Positions 48,444 through 58,225 of a stretch of DNA of 64,000 nucleotides are shown one piece after another (within the stretch, counting starts at the first letter, position 1; every line of letters begins with the position of its first letter). Source of the DNA: an uncultured Nitrospiraceae bacterium (lineage in GTDB: Bacteria; Nitrospirota; Thermodesulfovibrionia; Thermodesulfovibrionales; Dissulfurispiraceae); assembly GCA_963727805.1 (NCBI GenBank), contig CAVSHF010000003.1:2016001-2080000 (forward strand). The letters are read 5' to 3'. The notes beneath the pieces are model-generated. The model was given only the letters and a program-made list of their open reading frames with translations. It did no database searches and was not told the origin of the DNA. Made by a program: the position numbers and the translations under genes.

Positions 48444-49505
48444 TTATCGCCGCCCTCCGCCATGGAATCCTCCACTCGGCGCGCCGCCGCGGGGAACTCC
48501 AGCACCGCCCCCATGAGGTACTCCTCCGCCCCCGTGGCCTGCAGTAGGGAGCTGGCCGGCACTCGAGCGGCTTTGGAACCCCCGGTCGCTAGCAGCGTGC
48601 TCACTCTGCCTGTCCACAGAATGATGAAAGGCGCTTGAACGAGCTCCTTCAGTGCTCGTGGGTGATCCATAGCCCCGAAATTCTTTGACCGGTGCCGGCC
48701 CGCTCAGTCCCCGGCTTCTCTGGAACACTGCCTCTGCTCCGCCCCGTGCGCTAGGATTGGTCCCTCCCGTGCGCCCTCCAGCCGACAAATTAGCGCCGCC
48801 AAATCTGTTTGCCGGTGAGATGCGGGATATCCCACCCGTCCTGGCATCACGGAAATGATTGGTAACAAATCCTTCGTGGTCATGCCCATCATGATGCCAA
48901 TGCACCCTCACATGAAAGTCTGTCAATACAAAAAAGCCGGGAAACCAGAAGTCTGACCACCAAAATGGATACGGAACCCAGTCATAAAGGTATGCATAGT
49001 CCGGAGGTGGAGCATAGTAGGTGACTGCCGGTGGGCCCTCATTATCGTAATAATCGTTTCCCCCTGTGGAATCAGGATAAGTTGGTGCAGACATGTCATT
49101 GGCAAACCTGCCTGAGGTATCAGCAGTTACTGGTAAACTAAAGCTGCTTATCGCATCCTGAAATACTTGCAGGGCCGCATTTTTTGCGATGCTTACTTTG
49201 CCCGAGTCGGCAGACTCGCCTATAGCCGCCTCTAATTCTCCAACGATGTCGGGCGTAACAGGGTAATCGGCAATCCAGCCATTACGCGGCGCTATGCCGG
49301 CCGTGCTTAGTAAGTCTTCAGCTTCAGCCTCGTTTTCCGCTATCCCCAGCTTGAAATCTCCGGCAAGTTTGACTGCCAGGGTTCCTTCCCGGATCAGAGG
49401 CTGCGATATCGCAGAACTCGTTGTCCCCGCCGGCGGGCCTGTCTGCGCATGCACTATGAAAGGTATCATAACGAAAGCCATTAATATCATCAGCAGGCTT
49501 CTCAT
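48444..49505 (-). CDS. secreted hypothetical protein with Pro/Tyr/Trp-rich middle and Gly/Arg-rich tail
   Basis: Signal peptide; GIAPRNGWIADYPVTPD; YYAPPPDYAYLYDWVPYPFWW; Gly-rich C-terminus; GGAGG RBS. Confidence 0.65.
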   Translation of the reverse strand: MRSLLMILMAFVMIPFIVHAQTGPPAGTTSSAISQPLIREGTLAVKLAGDFKLGIAENEAEAEDLLSTAGIAPRNGWIADYPVTPDIVGELEAAIGESADSGKVSIAKNAALQVFQDAISSFSLPVTADTSGRFANDMSAPTYPDSTGGNDYYDNEGPPAVTYYAPPPDYAYLYDWVPYPFWWSDFWFPGFFVLTDFHVRVHWHHDGHDHEGFVTNHFRDARTGGISRISPANRFGGANLSAGGRTGGTNPSARGGAEAVFQRSRGLSGPAPVKEFRGYGSPTSTEGARSSAFHHSVDRQSEHAASDRGFQSRSSAGQLPTAGHGGGGVPHGGGAGVPRGGAPSGGFHGGGRR

Positions 49506-50269
49506 CTTTAAACCTCCTTGATCCGTCCATAATCCAGAACCAACCAACTATTTATAGTATGATTAAAAATTTACTAATGCACAACTTCTCAGTCCGTTCA
49601 CGGCCCGTAGTGTGTGCGCACTGGTACATTTATTAGAGTTACTTTCTTTTGAAAATTAATATTTTTCAGACTGTTGCCAGCATAGTGTTAACTATCTAAC
49701 AAACGCATGGGCTTTGCTCGAACAGCATCGTCTTTATCAAGCCCGTCTTAAGTCCGATTTTAGAGGATACACCATTAATTGCATCACAATGCATAGCGGC
49801 GGCGAAGTGCCTCATTCTAACTTATTTTGTTCAACTCTCTTTTTCTAATGTTTTCACTGTGTCGGTAGTAAAAAGGCAACTAAGCATCTCGTGTTGTCAC
49901 GAATTAGCTAATTGAAATCACTGCCGGCCTTGATCGTACGGCCCTCTGCATGGCTTATCGCGACTCACTGCCTGATGTAAACTAACGACGGGCCCTATGG
50001 CAGGAGGCACACTTCCACCAGCACTATCCTCCATAGGACGTCGTAATACGATGCACCCTGATTGTACCTGCCTGCAGCTTTTTTCGCAGTTTTGACCCAA
50101 CGTCATCGTGCCGACCTCGACAAGAGTAGTGTAATAGTTTAAGCATTGAATAGATACCGTGAGTGAGAGCCTATTCACCCAAGCATGATAAAATTATTAT
50201 TGAATGCAACGAAAAGATGATTGCTAAATTCAAGTAATATTGGTAGAGTAGTGCTCGGGCAATAGCCTA

Positions 50270-50715
50270 AGGGGCTTCTGGAGGGACGTGGGCACAATTG
50301 AAACTCATACCCGATAGGAATTTTGTGAACGTAACACCTCAATTGAACCTCTACACTTATATGTGGTCAATAGTGACAAAGCATGGGAATCTTCCCCCTG
50401 TAAAAACCATTTTTGATCACAAAGGTCGACGAAGACAAAATGTTGACTCTATGAGTGTAGGGGGAGGCTTAAACAACCGCACGGCAAGGGGATCTATCTG
50501 TAGTCCCTGCTACAAAATTAGAGGATATAGCCTTGGCGACAGCGCGATTCTCTTTGAGAACGTTGAAATAGGCAGAAACGCTTAGATCAAAGAAAACAAT
50601 AATAGACGAAAACGTAAAATTCCTCGACTGGGTGGAGATGGTTGATAACCATGGAATTGACAGAAATAGAGGATTCACAGTCACAGACTCCCTAATGATA
50701 GTGGTTACAAAAATA
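50270..50715 (+). pseudogene. glgC: degenerate 3' half of glucose-1-phosphate adenylyltransferase
   Basis: Across frameshifts and a stop: GFWRDVGTI.., VTPQLNLY..W.I.T..NLPP.KTIFD..GRR, ILFENVEIGRNA, TIIDENVK, RGFTVTDS..IVV. Confidence 0.75.
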
Positions 50716-50761
50716 AAGTTAAAGCTGAAACAATCAGCCTCAGCGCACCATAGCAAAAAAA

Positions 50762-52630
50762 ATGAAAAATAAGCACAGGGATAAGCTTAGCATTCTTGTC
50801 ATGGGATCACTCGGAGTTGTTTTTGGTGACCTGGGTACTAGTCCTTTGTATACGTTAAGGGTTTGCTTCTCAAGCTTTTTTGCAATTCCTCCCACGTCAG
50901 AAAATGTGCTGGGACTTGCCTCTCTTATATTCTGGGCATTGACTCTTGTTGTCAGTACCAAGTATGCACTATTTATTCTGCGTGCCGATGACGAGGGCGA
51001 GGGTGGTATTTTCGCCATGTTGTCGCTGCTGCACAAGAACATGGGAGCTAAACTTAGCCGACATATCATTCTAGTAATGTGTTTCGGCTCAGCATTGCTT
51101 TATGGCGATGGACTCATCACCCCAGTTATTTCTGTACTTTCTGCCTTAGAGGGTTTGGAGGTGGCTACATCTCAGGCACAGCCGTTTGTCCTACCGATCA
51201 CATGTCTTGTACTTTTTTTACTTTTCTTTTTGCAAAGCCACGGTACGGGACGCATCGGCAAATGCTTCGGTCCAATCATTATCGTCTGGTTCGTCTCCAT
51301 TGCCGCACTGGGAATCAACGCAATCTTAGCCCGGCCTGAGATACTTTCGGCAGTTAATCCTATGCATGCGATTCGATTTTTCATCGGTAATGGTTGGCGC
51401 GGATACCTCATCCTGGGAGCGATAGTATTGTGCATCACCGGCTGTGAAGCTCTATATCTGGACATGGGCCATTTTGGGAGTAAAGCCATTCGCATTTCTT
51501 GGTATGGATTAGCGCTGCCTGCTCTGTTGTGCAATTATTTCGGACAGGCTTCACTGATTCTTGCGAATCCAAGGAATATCGAGGATCCCTTTTATGGGCT
51601 GGTACCCCAACCCTTGCTCTATCCTATGGTGGGTCTTGCCACAGCGGCTACGGTCATTGCTTCGCAGGCCATTATTTCGGGAGTCTTTTCGATGACTAAG
51701 CAGGCGATGCAACTAGGCTACATCCCTCGCATGAGAATCATTCATACCTCCGAGATGGCTGAAGGCCAAATCTACATCCCAGTGGTGAATTTCCTGATGC
51801 TTTTTGCTGCTATTGCCTTAGCGCTTGGCTTCAGGCAGTCCGAGAACTTAGCGGACGCTTATGGTATTGCGGTCACAGGGGACATGTTCATCACGTCTAC
51901 GATCTTTTTTATTATCACCCGGAAAATCTGGGGCTGGAGTCTATGGAAAGCCCTTCCTCTTGCAACGGCTTTTTGGGTGATCGATGGTTCCTTTCTAACC
52001 TCCTGCTTGCTCAAGTTCTTGACTGGCGGATGGTTTCCAGTGGTGACTGCCGTTTGTATACTTTTGCTCATGGTCACTTGGCGAGACGGATGGGATACAC
52101 TAGCCGATAAGATTTACAGCATGCAGATGCGCATAGATAGTTTCATCAGACTTATCTCGACTGACAAACCTGTGCGCCTTCCTGGTACGGCCGTTTTTCT
52201 TTCCACATTTCAGACCGAGGTGCCACCGATGCTCCAATATCACTTGAACCACATCGGAGCTTTGCATGAAAAGGTCATAATCCTGTCAATCCTCACCACT
52301 GATATACCGGAGGTTCCAGATAAGGATAAACTGGATATTCGAAGTCTCGGTCAGGGGGTATACCGTGTTACCGCTCAGACAGGATTCATGGAAACTCCCG
52401 ATGTGCCAGCTCTACTGGCCTTGGCCAAGTTCAAGATTCCAGCCCTGGACCCGGAGAGTACCGTCTATTATCTTGGAAAAATTTCTCTAGTTCCAGCCAA
52501 AGAACGAAGCATGGATCCTATACGCAGGTTTTTATTTTTCTTTATGCATCGTAATGCTGTGAGTCCAGTAATCTACTACAACATCCCTCCGGACAAGATT
52601 TTGGAACTGGGCGTACAGCTAGAATGGTAG
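50762..52630 (+). CDS. kup: KUP/HAK/KT potassium transporter
   Basis: GVVFGDLGTSPLY, EGEGGIFA, GDGLITP.ISVLSA.EG, TGCEALYLDMGHFG, GQIYIP, AYGIAV. Confidence 0.96.
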   Translation: MKNKHRDKLSILVMGSLGVVFGDLGTSPLYTLRVCFSSFFAIPPTSENVLGLASLIFWALTLVVSTKYALFILRADDEGEGGIFAMLSLLHKNMGAKLSRHIILVMCFGSALLYGDGLITPVISVLSALEGLEVATSQAQPFVLPITCLVLFLLFFLQSHGTGRIGKCFGPIIIVWFVSIAALGINAILARPEILSAVNPMHAIRFFIGNGWRGYLILGAIVLCITGCEALYLDMGHFGSKAIRISWYGLALPALLCNYFGQASLILANPRNIEDPFYGLVPQPLLYPMVGLATAATVIASQAIISGVFSMTKQAMQLGYIPRMRIIHTSEMAEGQIYIPVVNFLMLFAAIALALGFRQSENLADAYGIAVTGDMFITSTIFFIITRKIWGWSLWKALPLATAFWVIDGSFLTSCLLKFLTGGWFPVVTAVCILLLMVTWRDGWDTLADKIYSMQMRIDSFIRLISTDKPVRLPGTAVFLSTFQTEVPPMLQYHLNHIGALHEKVIILSILTTDIPEVPDKDKLDIRSLGQGVYRVTAQTGFMETPDVPALLALAKFKIPALDPESTVYYLGKISLVPAKERSMDPIRRFLFFFMHRNAVSPVIYYNIPPDKILELGVQLEW

Positions 52631-53225
52631 AGGGGTATATGCCAGAGGAGATGTTGCCCTTGCATTTCCGAATATTGCCCTTCTCGACCGCTCCTCCTTT
52701 GGTGTTTCCAGGACGATGACTCCTTCAGTTCCAGGAGCAATCTGCACAATCAGATCATGGAATAACCATAACGCGTGCATTACTTATTTGATAATGTTAT
52801 GTTGGCATCTTCCTCTGGAATTTCTCATTTCATGGGTCTATTTTTGTGTGTAGGAAGAGGTGTAGTCGATTGTCTCGTCATGTTTCCATATTTCGGATTA
52901 TGAGGTCACGAATTTGGATAGCGCGAAGTATCTTGGTCTTAGCTGGATTGCCTTACCCAATCATCGCTGTTATTAGTGGCCCAGTCAACTCCAGCTGCTA
53001 TACGATACCGAATAATGTTGACTGTATTCCTCGAGCTTGAATTGTTACATCAATGTTGTCGAAGCGCGAGCATGCCAGCATAATTAGATTGCATTGCCAT
53101 GGCAAGACACCTACCATAAGGCTTATCTTTCGGCTCGTGCTTACTGAAATGATATTTTAGGTGGCAGGATCCTTTCACAACCACCACGGGGAAACAAGCT
53201 TTGAACGGATAGTGCTCGTTATGAT

Positions 53226-53585
53226 TTATATGTATTGTATTGCAACTTCGTAGACGATGGCCGAGTGATCTGCAGCAGGACCGCCTTCGCAGCCGAGTTC
53301 TCCTTTTGATGCTTCCTTGCGGTTGCTGACCATTGCGGTTATTATCCGTGAGAAATCGAACCCGCCTTCAACACACTCCTTGCTCAAACAGTTTACTTTG
53401 AAAAAAGCATAACTGCTGGGAAAGAAATTAACGGTGCGCGGCAACGATTGCATTATCCCTTTTTGACTGTACATCATGCTGATGATAATGCTTTGAACCT
53501 TTGGAAAGAGTGAAGCCATGAAACCTGCTTCAATTTTCTGCTGCTTTCTTTCTGCCCTTGCTGCCTGCTTCTCTCTGTTGTTCAT
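53226..53585 (-). CDS. conserved hypothetical protein downstream of cold-shock gene
   Basis: AGGAG RBS; CLSKECVEGGFD and terminal Cys/His suggest metal binding. Confidence 0.65.
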   Translation of the reverse strand: MNNREKQAARAERKQQKIEAGFMASLFPKVQSIIISMMYSQKGIMQSLPRTVNFFPSSYAFFKVNCLSKECVEGGFDFSRIITAMVSNRKEASKGELGCEGGPAADHSAIVYEVAIQYI

Positions 53586-53638
53586 GTTTCTCCTAAATGA
53601 CAAGGCCCCTCCGCTGCGAAGGAGCCTTTCGTGTTTAA

Positions 53639-53839
53639 CTACATTTTGACAACGTTGATTGCCTTGGGCCCTTTTGGCCCTTTTTCAGTATCAAAGCTGA
53701 CCTTGTCGCCTTCGGCAAGGCTCTTAAAGCCATTGCCTTGGATTGACGTATGGTGGACAAAAGCATCAACTTCATCTTCACCAGTAATAAAGCCGAACCC
53801 TTTGCTGTCGTTGAACCACTTCACTGTTCCTTGTGCCAT
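53639..53839 (-). CDS. cold-shock protein (CspA family)
   Basis: [15 protein letters not shown] (RNP1), FVHH (RNP2), KGPKA. Confidence 0.96.
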   Translation of the reverse strand: MAQGTVKWFNDSKGFGFITGEDEVDAFVHHTSIQGNGFKSLAEGDKVSFDTEKGPKGPKAINVVKM

Positions 53840-53895
53840 TTCTTGTTTCTCCTTGTATTTAAAGTCTGTAAACTCGAACCTTAAAAGATTTCGAT

Positions 53896-53934
53896 AAAAA
53901 GAGGCCACAAAGTTAAAAGTCTTTGTGGCCTCTT
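53896..53934 (-). terminator. terminator-like hairpin in csp 5' leader
   Basis: 14-bp perfect stem aagaggccacaaag/ctttgtggcctctt running into a U-tract on the minus strand. Confidence 0.65.
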
Positions 53935-53965
53935 ACGAACGCAAATTCCTTTAAAGTACTTTTTT

Positions 53966-53994
53966 ATATTAGCACATTCTATGCAATACGTCAA
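53966..53994 (-). promoter_or_regulatory. sigma70 promoter of csp
   Basis: TTGACG-N17-TAATAT with TG extended -10 on the minus strand. Confidence 0.7.
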
Positions 53995-54339
53995 TGCAAT
54001 TCGTCTTATGTAATTCAGACATCATAATTATGCGCTTACATCTCTCGATAATCCCCTAACTACCCATCTCAGTTCTTCGAGTTTCTTGCCTGCTTCCAAA
54101 ATAATTCGGCCCTTGCAGTACCGGGTATTTGTCTAATGTCCACGCCATCTTGCTGATAAGCTCTGGATTGCCAGCTGCCACCTCTGTCTTTGTACCTGAT
54201 GCATTTTCTGAAAGAACCTGGCTACCTGTGATGTTGGAAATGGAATCTTCGAAGAGTGATTCGAATCTAAGCTTTTTTGTCCGGCGATATGCTCACTCTT
54301 TTTGATACAGGCATCTTCCCAGCGGGGCAAAATGGCTTA

Positions 54340-54480
54340 TGATTACATTGCCAGGATGACCTAGAAAGAGAAAGCTGATCGCGTAAGGGAATGGCGCCTT
54401 TGTAAGAAGAGGGTATCTCAAGCCAGAAGAGGCCGAGTTGAAGCGTCTGCAGAAGGAATTACAAGAGATCAAGAAAGATT
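54340..54480 (+). mobile_element. IS3-family transposase OrfA relic
   Basis: GNGAFVRRGYLKPEEAELKRLQKELQEIKKD resembles the IS3 OrfA 'AFPGKGxLKPEEEELRRLRKEL' segment; no intact ORF. Confidence 0.55.
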
Positions 54481-54640
54481 CATTCTACTGCAAATCTGCC
54501 GAGAGACTCATGAAGAACTTATCCGCTGCACTGACTTAGATGACAATGCGCTCGGCGGAGGGTCACTCCATGTTCCTCGAGTCAGGAATCGTCCCTTCGG
54601 CACCCTATCTTGCCCCAGCCTAACCATTTGCAATTCATAA

Positions 54641-55033
54641 TCAGTTGTCGCCAGTAATCTCATGGATTGCGTCGCCGATAATTTCCCGGGCGAATCTGTT
54701 TTTATCATTTTTCGCATTGAGAAGGAAAGGGAGTGCCTCGGCATGCCCAATAATGCCGAGTACATAAGCAGCATCGCCCCGTAACGTGGGACTGGGGTCT
54801 TCAAGGAGCCTGCCAATTGCGGGGACAAGCCTCACGAGAGATTCCCGGTTATTCTTAATAAGTTCTTCGACAAGGGCGACGGCACCCAGCCTCACCCTAA
54901 CCCGTTCGTCACGAATCATATCGATGACCAGAGGATAGAGGCTTTCGTCGTGCTTGAACATATCGATGATGTTTTCAAGATAGCCATTGTTCATATAGTC
55001 GAGGACCATCGTTTTCATTTCGTCATCAGTCAT
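54641..55033 (-). CDS. HEAT-repeat protein
   Basis: DERVRVRLGA, LLEDPSPTLRGDAAYVLGIIG..EALPFL. Confidence 0.8.
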   Translation of the reverse strand: MTDDEMKTMVLDYMNNGYLENIIDMFKHDESLYPLVIDMIRDERVRVRLGAVALVEELIKNNRESLVRLVPAIGRLLEDPSPTLRGDAAYVLGIIGHAEALPFLLNAKNDKNRFAREIIGDAIHEITGDN

Positions 55034-55081
55034 CGCACACCATATTTTTGTATTTTGTTTATTGTGTTGTGAATCTTTGTA

Positions 55082-56020
55082 TCAGTGCCAGTCGACCTTC
55101 GCCTTTTTCCGGCCAAAAATATGCTTCTCGGCCGAAAGGGCTGCAAGGCATCCATGGGCTGCAGCAACAATGACTTGTCGTGCCTCGGTACAGGTCACAT
55201 CGCCGGCGGAAAAGACACCTGGGATATTGGTCTCCATCGTTCGACTTGTAATAACACAGCCTTCTTCGGACACTTCAACAGCTCCTTGGAGAAAGTCGAT
55301 TATTGGCTTGCTGCCGCGCAAGTAGACAAAAACCCCATCGAGGAGTAGTTCACTTTCGCCTCCTGCACCTCTCATCCTGACACGCTCAACAGCGTCGCCG
55401 CCTTCTATGGCGATAACCGTTTTACCGAGAAGAAGCTTAACATTCTGGATTTGAAGTGAGGGGTGATCGTCTTCCACCTTCAGCTTTGAAGCTGGACAGA
55501 TGACATAGACCGTTTCAGCAAAACGGGAAAGGACTCCAGCCTCCTTGGCTGCCTCTTCAGAATCGCCGAGCACGCATACCGTCTTCCCCTTAAAAAATGC
55601 CGCATCGCAAATAGCACAGTAACTCACGCCTCGTCCGAGGAACTCTTCTTCTCCCTTGATCGTTGCCTTTCTTCCCATGGAACCGGTGGCGATAATTACC
55701 GTTTTGCCCTGATAGGTCGCTTCCATAGTGACGACCTCTTTGACCTCGCCCGAAAGAGATACGCCGATTACCTGCTCCTCCTTGTAATCTGCGCTGAAAC
55801 TTTCCGCCTGTTTACGAAAGATATCGAGCAATTCACCGCCTGTCAATGGCTTTTCGAGACCGGGATAATTCTCGATCAAACTCGCGTAGGCAAGGGATCC
55901 GGCAGTCTTTGACTTGTCGAGCACGACCGTTTTCAGCTTTGCGCGTGAAGCATAGAGCGCTGCAGTCAGGCCCCCAGGACCGCCGCCGATAATGATAACG
56001 TCGTAAAGGGAATCAGTCAT
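55082..56020 (-). CDS. trxB: thioredoxin-disulfide reductase
   Basis: IIGGGPGGLTAA, IENYPG, GRGVSYCAICD, TNIPGVFSAGDV. Confidence 0.88.
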   Translation of the reverse strand: MTDSLYDVIIIGGGPGGLTAALYASRAKLKTVVLDKSKTAGSLAYASLIENYPGLEKPLTGGELLDIFRKQAESFSADYKEEQVIGVSLSGEVKEVVTMEATYQGKTVIIATGSMGRKATIKGEEEFLGRGVSYCAICDAAFFKGKTVCVLGDSEEAAKEAGVLSRFAETVYVICPASKLKVEDDHPSLQIQNVKLLLGKTVIAIEGGDAVERVRMRGAGGESELLLDGVFVYLRGSKPIIDFLQGAVEVSEEGCVITSRTMETNIPGVFSAGDVTCTEARQVIVAAAHGCLAALSAEKHIFGRKKAKVDWH

Positions 56021-56029
56021 AGTGCCTCC

Positions 56030-57091
56030 CTAGAATTTTCTGATTATATTATAGTACGTGTCTCTCTGCGCAACGTCGAACCTTGCCGCTTTGATAGCTT
56101 TGACAATGTCCTCTTTCGTAACAAAATAACTCACGCCCGCCGCGCGGACAACATTCTCTTCGATCATAGTGGAGCCGAAATCGTTTGCACCGAATCTGAG
56201 GGCAACCTGCGCGAGTTTTAATCCCTGCGTGACCCAAGAAGCCTGAATGTTTCTTACATTATCGAGATAAATCCTTGAAAGCGCAAGAACGCGCAGGTAA
56301 TCTATCGCCGTTGCTGACTTGACTGCTGACCGCTGATCTCCGGCTGCCGACTCTTTACTTAACTTTGTATTTCCAGGCTGAAACGACCACGGGATAAAGG
56401 CCGTGAAGCCGCCAGTCCTGTCCTGAAGCGATCGGATTACATCGAGATGCTCAACTATATCCTCAGACTCTTCGACGCTGCCAAACATCATCGTCGCTGT
56501 CGTCCGCATACTGAGCTCATGGGCTTCTTCCATGACCCTGAGCCATTCGCCGGACTTTATCTTTTTCGGGCTCAGCACTTCACGAATGCGGTCCGAGAGT
56601 ATCTCTGCTCCGCCACCTGGGATGGAATCGAGTCCCGCCTGCCTGAGAATTTGAATAGTTTCCCTGATCGTCAGATTATGCTTTTTGGCAAGATAACAGA
56701 CCTCAGGCGGCGAAAAACCATGAACATTGATTTCGAAGCGTTCCTTGATCGACCTCAAAAGATCGGTATAATAATCGAGTCCGAGGCCGGGATGCAGCCC
56801 ACCTTGCAAAAGGATCTGAGTCCCGCCAAGCACTATAGTTTCTTCAATTTTTTTGAAAAGCTCGTCTTCTGATAAAACATATGCCTCTGGACTTTCAGGA
56901 TCACGATAAAAAGCACAGAACTTGCATTGATTAATGCAGACATTAGTGTAATTGATATTCCGGTCGACAACGAATGTAACAATGCCTTCGGGGTGAAGGA
57001 ATTTTCTCACCCTGTCCGCCGCCTCACCGAGATCGAGAAGATCGGCGGATGTGAGAAGATCGAGCGCTCTTTCCTTCGTTATCCTTTCCAT
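56030..57091 (-). CDS. mqnC: cyclic dehypoxanthine futalosine synthase
   Basis: VDRNINYTNVCINQCKFCAFY, SIPGGGAEIL, FIPWSFQ, QASWVTQG, GANDFGSTMIEENVV. Confidence 0.92.
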   Translation of the reverse strand: MERITKERALDLLTSADLLDLGEAADRVRKFLHPEGIVTFVVDRNINYTNVCINQCKFCAFYRDPESPEAYVLSEDELFKKIEETIVLGGTQILLQGGLHPGLGLDYYTDLLRSIKERFEINVHGFSPPEVCYLAKKHNLTIRETIQILRQAGLDSIPGGGAEILSDRIREVLSPKKIKSGEWLRVMEEAHELSMRTTATMMFGSVEESEDIVEHLDVIRSLQDRTGGFTAFIPWSFQPGNTKLSKESAAGDQRSAVKSATAIDYLRVLALSRIYLDNVRNIQASWVTQGLKLAQVALRFGANDFGSTMIEENVVRAAGVSYFVTKEDIVKAIKAARFDVAQRDTYYNIIRKF

Positions 57092-58182
57092 ATCTCGTTA
57101 TATAGCCCATCACGTTCGACAGGTGTCTTGCCGGCCTTTCTTATCAGATAGATCAGATCGTCTCTCGTCATCCCCTCTCCGGTCATTGCTCCGGCAGAGT
57201 GGGTGATCTTTTCTTCGATGATAGTACCATCGAGGTCGTCCGCGCCGAAAAGAAGCGCGGTCTGCGATATCTTTTCACCGAGCATGATCCAGTAGGCCTT
57301 GATGTGGTCAAAGTTGTCGAGGATGAGTCTGCTTATCGCAATAGTCTTCAGATCATCAATCCCCGATGAATAGAAGCCTCCTATTTCGGTGTTCTTCGGG
57401 TGATACGCGAGAGAGATGAAGGCCTGAAAACCTTCGGTCTTGTCCTGAAGGTCACGTAATTTCAAGAGGTGGTCAACCCTGTCTTCAGAGGTTTCGACAT
57501 GGCCGTAAAGCATCGTAGCATTAGTCTTGATGCCAACACGGTGAGCGATTTCCATCACCTCAAGCCAGCGAGTTCCCGAAATTTTTTCCGGGCATACCAG
57601 GTTCCTTACGCCCTCAGCGAATATTTCAGCCCCTCCGCCCGGCATGATCTGGAGGCCGCTCTCCTTGAGCTTGATGAGTACTTCTTCGAGCCCCAATCCG
57701 CTGATCCTCGAAAAATAATCGATCTCGACGGCTGTGAATGCCTTTATATTGAGACGCGGGAAACTCTGATGTATGGCAGCTATCATTTCAACGTAATGCT
57801 CGAAGGGCCAGTCTGGATGGAGCCCGCCGACAATGTGGACCTCGGAAAAACCGCAGCCCTGTTTCAATGATCCATAAGTGGTTTGTGAGTTTTCACAGCC
57901 CGCGGACAGTCGCTGAAGTATCTGATCGATAGTGAGTTCAAATGCGCCTTCTTCATTCTTTGAACGGCTGAAAGCGCAGAACTTGCACCGATTCACGCAG
58001 ATATTGGTGGGGTTGATGTGCCGATTGACAATAAAATACGCGTTTTTGCTGTTCCTGCGTTCAGCAACCTCTGCTGCGAGCTTGCCGATGATAAATAGAT
58101 CGTCACTCTTGAATAGCTCGACAGCCTCGTCGCGCGTTACCCTCCCGCCGTTTTTAATTCTATCTATTATTCCATGACGCAT
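57079..58182 (-). CDS. mqnE: aminofutalosine synthase
   Basis: NRHINPTNICVNRCKFCAF, EVHIVGGLHP, KAFTAVEI, NATMLYGH, HIKAYWIM, GADDLDGT..EEKI.H. Confidence 0.92.
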   Translation of the reverse strand: MRHGIIDRIKNGGRVTRDEAVELFKSDDLFIIGKLAAEVAERRNSKNAYFIVNRHINPTNICVNRCKFCAFSRSKNEEGAFELTIDQILQRLSAGCENSQTTYGSLKQGCGFSEVHIVGGLHPDWPFEHYVEMIAAIHQSFPRLNIKAFTAVEIDYFSRISGLGLEEVLIKLKESGLQIMPGGGAEIFAEGVRNLVCPEKISGTRWLEVMEIAHRVGIKTNATMLYGHVETSEDRVDHLLKLRDLQDKTEGFQAFISLAYHPKNTEIGGFYSSGIDDLKTIAISRLILDNFDHIKAYWIMLGEKISQTALLFGADDLDGTIIEEKITHSAGAMTGEGMTRDDLIYLIRKAGKTPVERDGLYNEIWKG

Positions 58183-58225
58183 TCTGAATTATAAAACAAA
58201 GGAATCAAAATGTTAAAATATTAAA

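Noticed and set aside
49550..50760. c-di-AMP (ydaO) riboswitch upstream of kup
   Set aside because: No GCUGAAUC/GGGGGA/GGGGUGAAU core recognisable; much of the space is explained by the glgC relic
52640..53100. Possible universal-stress-protein relic on the minus strand (GNPAKTKILRAIQIRDLII)
   Set aside because: Similarity is too short and interrupted to support without BLASTx
55034..55084. trxB TGA stop is in frame with the downstream HEAT gene with no intervening stop (possible Sec read-through)
   Set aside because: Spacer is A-rich and unstructured with no SECIS-like hairpin; TrxB is already full length; likely chance
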